A program made the translations under genes and the position numbers. A stretch of 32,000 nucleotides of DNA from an uncultured Gammaproteobacteria bacterium (GTDB lineage Bacteria > Patescibacteriota > Microgenomatia > Daviesbacterales > UBA10151). Each line of letters starts with the position of its first letter. Position 1 is the first letter of the stretch. The stretch lies in contig CAYHYM010000002.1 in assembly GCA_964360965.1 (NCBI GenBank), positions 40,412 to 72,411 on the forward strand. The letters run 5' to 3'. The notes under the pieces are model-generated. The model saw only the letters and a program-made list of their open reading frames with translations. It was not told where the DNA came from and made no database searches. Below are positions 30,154-32,000 of this stretch, piece after piece.

Positions 30154-30243
30154 AGGAGCAGCTCGCCCTGAGTCCTGAGCAAAGCCCGCCCTGAGCGAGG
30201 CCGAAGGGTCGAAGTATCGAAGGGTTTAAGATCATTCGCTCCT
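30154..30243. repeat. GC-rich dispersed element cluster closed by an AGGAGC/GCTCCT stem
   Basis: GCTCGCCCTGAGTCCTGAGCAAAGCCCGCCCTGAGCGAGGCCGAAGGGTCGAAGTATCGAAGGGT. It uses the same CCCTGAG and GTCGAAGGG vocabulary as 22537-22625 and 18761-18803. A TAGAAT -10-like hexamer lies at 30140-30145 on the plus strand. Confidence 0.5.
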
Positions 30244-30249
30244 GTTTGA

Positions 30250-30747
30250 CTAAAACCTTTTCCAGACTACTTTTTTGTCTTTTATTTTTTCCCCTGCCAT
30301 CTTCAGCTCATCATAAATGCCATCAATCAGATCATATTTTTGGGCCTCTTTTAAAGACACCCAGGCAAAATCATCTGTCTCCTCTTTTTGCAGCTTAATT
30401 TTACCTTTCACATAATCTGCCAGACAGGAAATGACCAAAGATGGGGATCCATCGCTATGAACCGTAGCAAGAGAGGTCAGATATTGAATATTATCAATCT
30501 CAATACCCGTCTCTTCTTTAACTTCCCTACCCAAGGCTTTTTCCAAAACATTGTACCAGTAATCTTTAGTATCTTTAGGTAAGCTGGTATAATCACTACT
30601 TTCCAGTCTTCCTCCCGGCACACTCCAGCGTCCGGGAAATCTTTTTTTGTTCTTTGAGCGTTGAATGATTAAATATTTGCCTCTCTTAACAATAATGGCA
30701 GTGATGGCGACTTCGTGTAAGTATTGATTCATAGTTTTCCAAACCAA
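30250..30747 (-). CDS. NUDIX hydrolase
   Basis: Nudix box GGRLESSD...EKALGREVKEETGIEI (G-x5-E-x7-REVxEETG). Confidence 0.8.
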   Translation of the reverse strand: MVWKTMNQYLHEVAITAIIVKRGKYLIIQRSKNKKRFPGRWSVPGGRLESSDYTSLPKDTKDYWYNVLEKALGREVKEETGIEIDNIQYLTSLATVHSDGSPSLVISCLADYVKGKIKLQKEETDDFAWVSLKEAQKYDLIDGIYDELKMAGEKIKDKKVVWKRF

Positions 30748-31238
30748 AGCTTGATTTCTTTTGCGGCTTCTTCTTCAGTTCCTGAGGCATGAATTAAGTT
30801 ATAAACAGATCTGCCATCACGGTTAGCAACAAGAATGGAATCTTCGCCTAAATCTCCTCTGATAGTACCTTTTTCAGCTGTTGCAGGATCAGTGTAGCCT
30901 GTGATTTTCCTAGTTAAAGATACTGCCTCTTCTCCTGCTAAAATCATGCACACAATTGGCCCGGAAGTAATAAAATTTCTTAACCATCCCACCACTTTTC
31001 TTCCTTGAGATAAAGTATCTGTCACCTGATCATCCCCGGCCTGGACACTTTTTTCTCCTATTGAACGAAGATAACTTTCATCTCCTGGGTAGTGTTTTTC
31101 AACTATATCAGTTGGGGCTATCAACTTCTTTAATTCCACCACTTCCAAGCCAACTTTTTCATAGCGGCTGATAATTTCACCTATTAAGTTGCGTTTTACA
31201 GCATCTGGTTTAATTAACACTAAAGTTTTCTGAATCAT
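30729..31238 (-). CDS. ndk: nucleoside diphosphate kinase
   Basis: TLVLIKPDAVKRNLIGEIISRYEKVGLEVV, GTIRGDLG and NLIHASGTEEEAAKEIKLWF, which includes the active-site His region. There is an internal insertion relative to short NDKs. Confidence 0.85.
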   Translation of the reverse strand: MIQKTLVLIKPDAVKRNLIGEIISRYEKVGLEVVELKKLIAPTDIVEKHYPGDESYLRSIGEKSVQAGDDQVTDTLSQGRKVVGWLRNFITSGPIVCMILAGEEAVSLTRKITGYTDPATAEKGTIRGDLGEDSILVANRDGRSVYNLIHASGTEEEAAKEIKLWFGKL

Positions 31239-32000
31239 TTGACTTCCACATCCTCCACCTGATAACTGCCATCCTCAAAAATACCTATTTTGACAAATCT
31301 GGGATTTTGGGTGTTTCTAACAGCAGTCAGGGCTCCCACAGTAGTCATCAACATACCGCTTTCTGGCTCGCTGTATCCGGTAAAATAATGCACATCTCCG
31401 GCAAAAATCTCCTTTACCCCCCCGTCTTTTAACATCATAGTTAAATCACGGGCTTGTTTTTTTAAATTATCAGACGCCTTACCCATAATTCTTTCTGAAG
31501 ACGGATGATATAAAGGCTCATGGGCAAATGCCAAAACCAGCTGGGGATTTTCCTGTCTTATTCTTGCTATCTCCTCTTTTAACCATGCCAGCTGCTGAAC
31601 GTCTAAACCCTGATAATTGTCACTGTTATAAATAATTAAAAATCTGACATTTTGATATGAAAAAGATTGAAATGGAGGTCCAAATATTTTAATAAAATTG
31701 GCAGCGGGCAAAGTTCCCCTATTCCTGGAATCCCACAGATCATGGTCGCCGGCTGTTAAAAAATAACGTATTCCGGATCCGTCAAATTCCTTTTTTGCCT
31801 TTTGCAGTTCATCCTCTGTCCCCACATCTGTATAATCGCCTAAACCAATGACAAATTTCAAATTCTCATCTTTGGCATAACTTAAAGCTTTTTTAAGATT
31901 TTGGTTATCATTGTGCGAGTCAGCAACCAGTATAAATTGAAAGACCAGCTTTGCTTTGATAGTTTTTGGGGGTGGGGGGCGCTGTGAGACTTCTTGATTG
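31235..32000 (-). CDS. calcineurin-like metallophosphoesterase; 5' partial (continues past the window end)
   Basis: The track starts at a TTG at 31861, but the frame stays open to nt 32000. It encodes motif I upstream (FILVADSHNDN), then GLGDYT, TAGDHD and AGDVHYF. Confidence 0.75.
   Translation of the reverse strand, partial: NQEVSQRPPPPKTIKAKLVFQFILVADSHNDNQNLKKALSYAKDENLKFVIGLGDYTDVGTEDELQKAKKEFDGSGIRYFLTAGDHDLWDSRNRGTLPAANFIKIFGPPFQSFSYQNVRFLIIYNSDNYQGLDVQQLAWLKEEIARIRQENPQLVLAFAHEPLYHPSSERIMGKASDNLKKQARDLTMMLKDGGVKEIFAGDVHYFTGYSEPESGMLMTTVGALTAVRNTQNPRFVKIGIFEDGSYQVEDVEVK

Noticed and set aside
1-32000. Alternative genetic code (UGA recoded), as in some candidate phyla.
   Set aside because: TGA terminates def, nusG and the O-antigen-ligase-like gene at the expected protein lengths. 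No conserved gene shows in-frame TGA codons.

Overview
AT-rich bacterial window using the standard genetic code: TGA terminates def, nusG and the first gene at the expected lengths. Small tightly packed genes, four-helix-bundle genes, an extended L1 and in-frame GC-rich insertions suggest a CPR/Patescibacteria-like genome; this is inference only. The backbone is housekeeping. It holds def-fmt, rpmB, an M50 protease, two tRNA-Thr, rpmG, tRNA-Trp, secE-nusG-rplK-rplA, rplJ-rplL, a class A PBP, mreB, two glycosyltransferases, ndk, a Nudix hydrolase and a metallophosphoesterase. The normally contiguous rpmG/secE/nusG/rplKAJL cluster is interrupted at least four times, and every tRNA locus has a small accessory gene directly beside it. 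The items most worth a second look are listed here. (1) A 609-aa protein whose last ~92 aa look like a RelE/ParE toxin; it starts 4 nt after rpmB and has no antitoxin gene. (2) A four-helix-bundle suffix-domain gene between tRNA-Arg and tRNA-Pro with four 36-bp arrays of the 9-mer TTACYTAAG, two flanking it and two in frame inside it. (3) A serine-recombinase N-terminal relic cut off at the tRNA-Pro 3' end, next to an orphan receiver-domain gene and an unknown 231-aa gene with their own near-consensus promoter. (4) A diverged relic of a second fmt 3' end. (5) A ~150-230 nt highly structured intergenic element. (6) Short GC-rich palindromic elements inserted in frame into def, the PBP and a GT4 gene, and placed directly before the rplK and rplA start codons. 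(7) Many genes whose start codon lies 6-9 nt after a -10 box, implying leaderless mRNAs, including two back-to-back divergent pairs. No CRISPR array, cas gene, rRNA or intact transposase was seen. All functional calls rest on motif recognition by eye, with no database searches.
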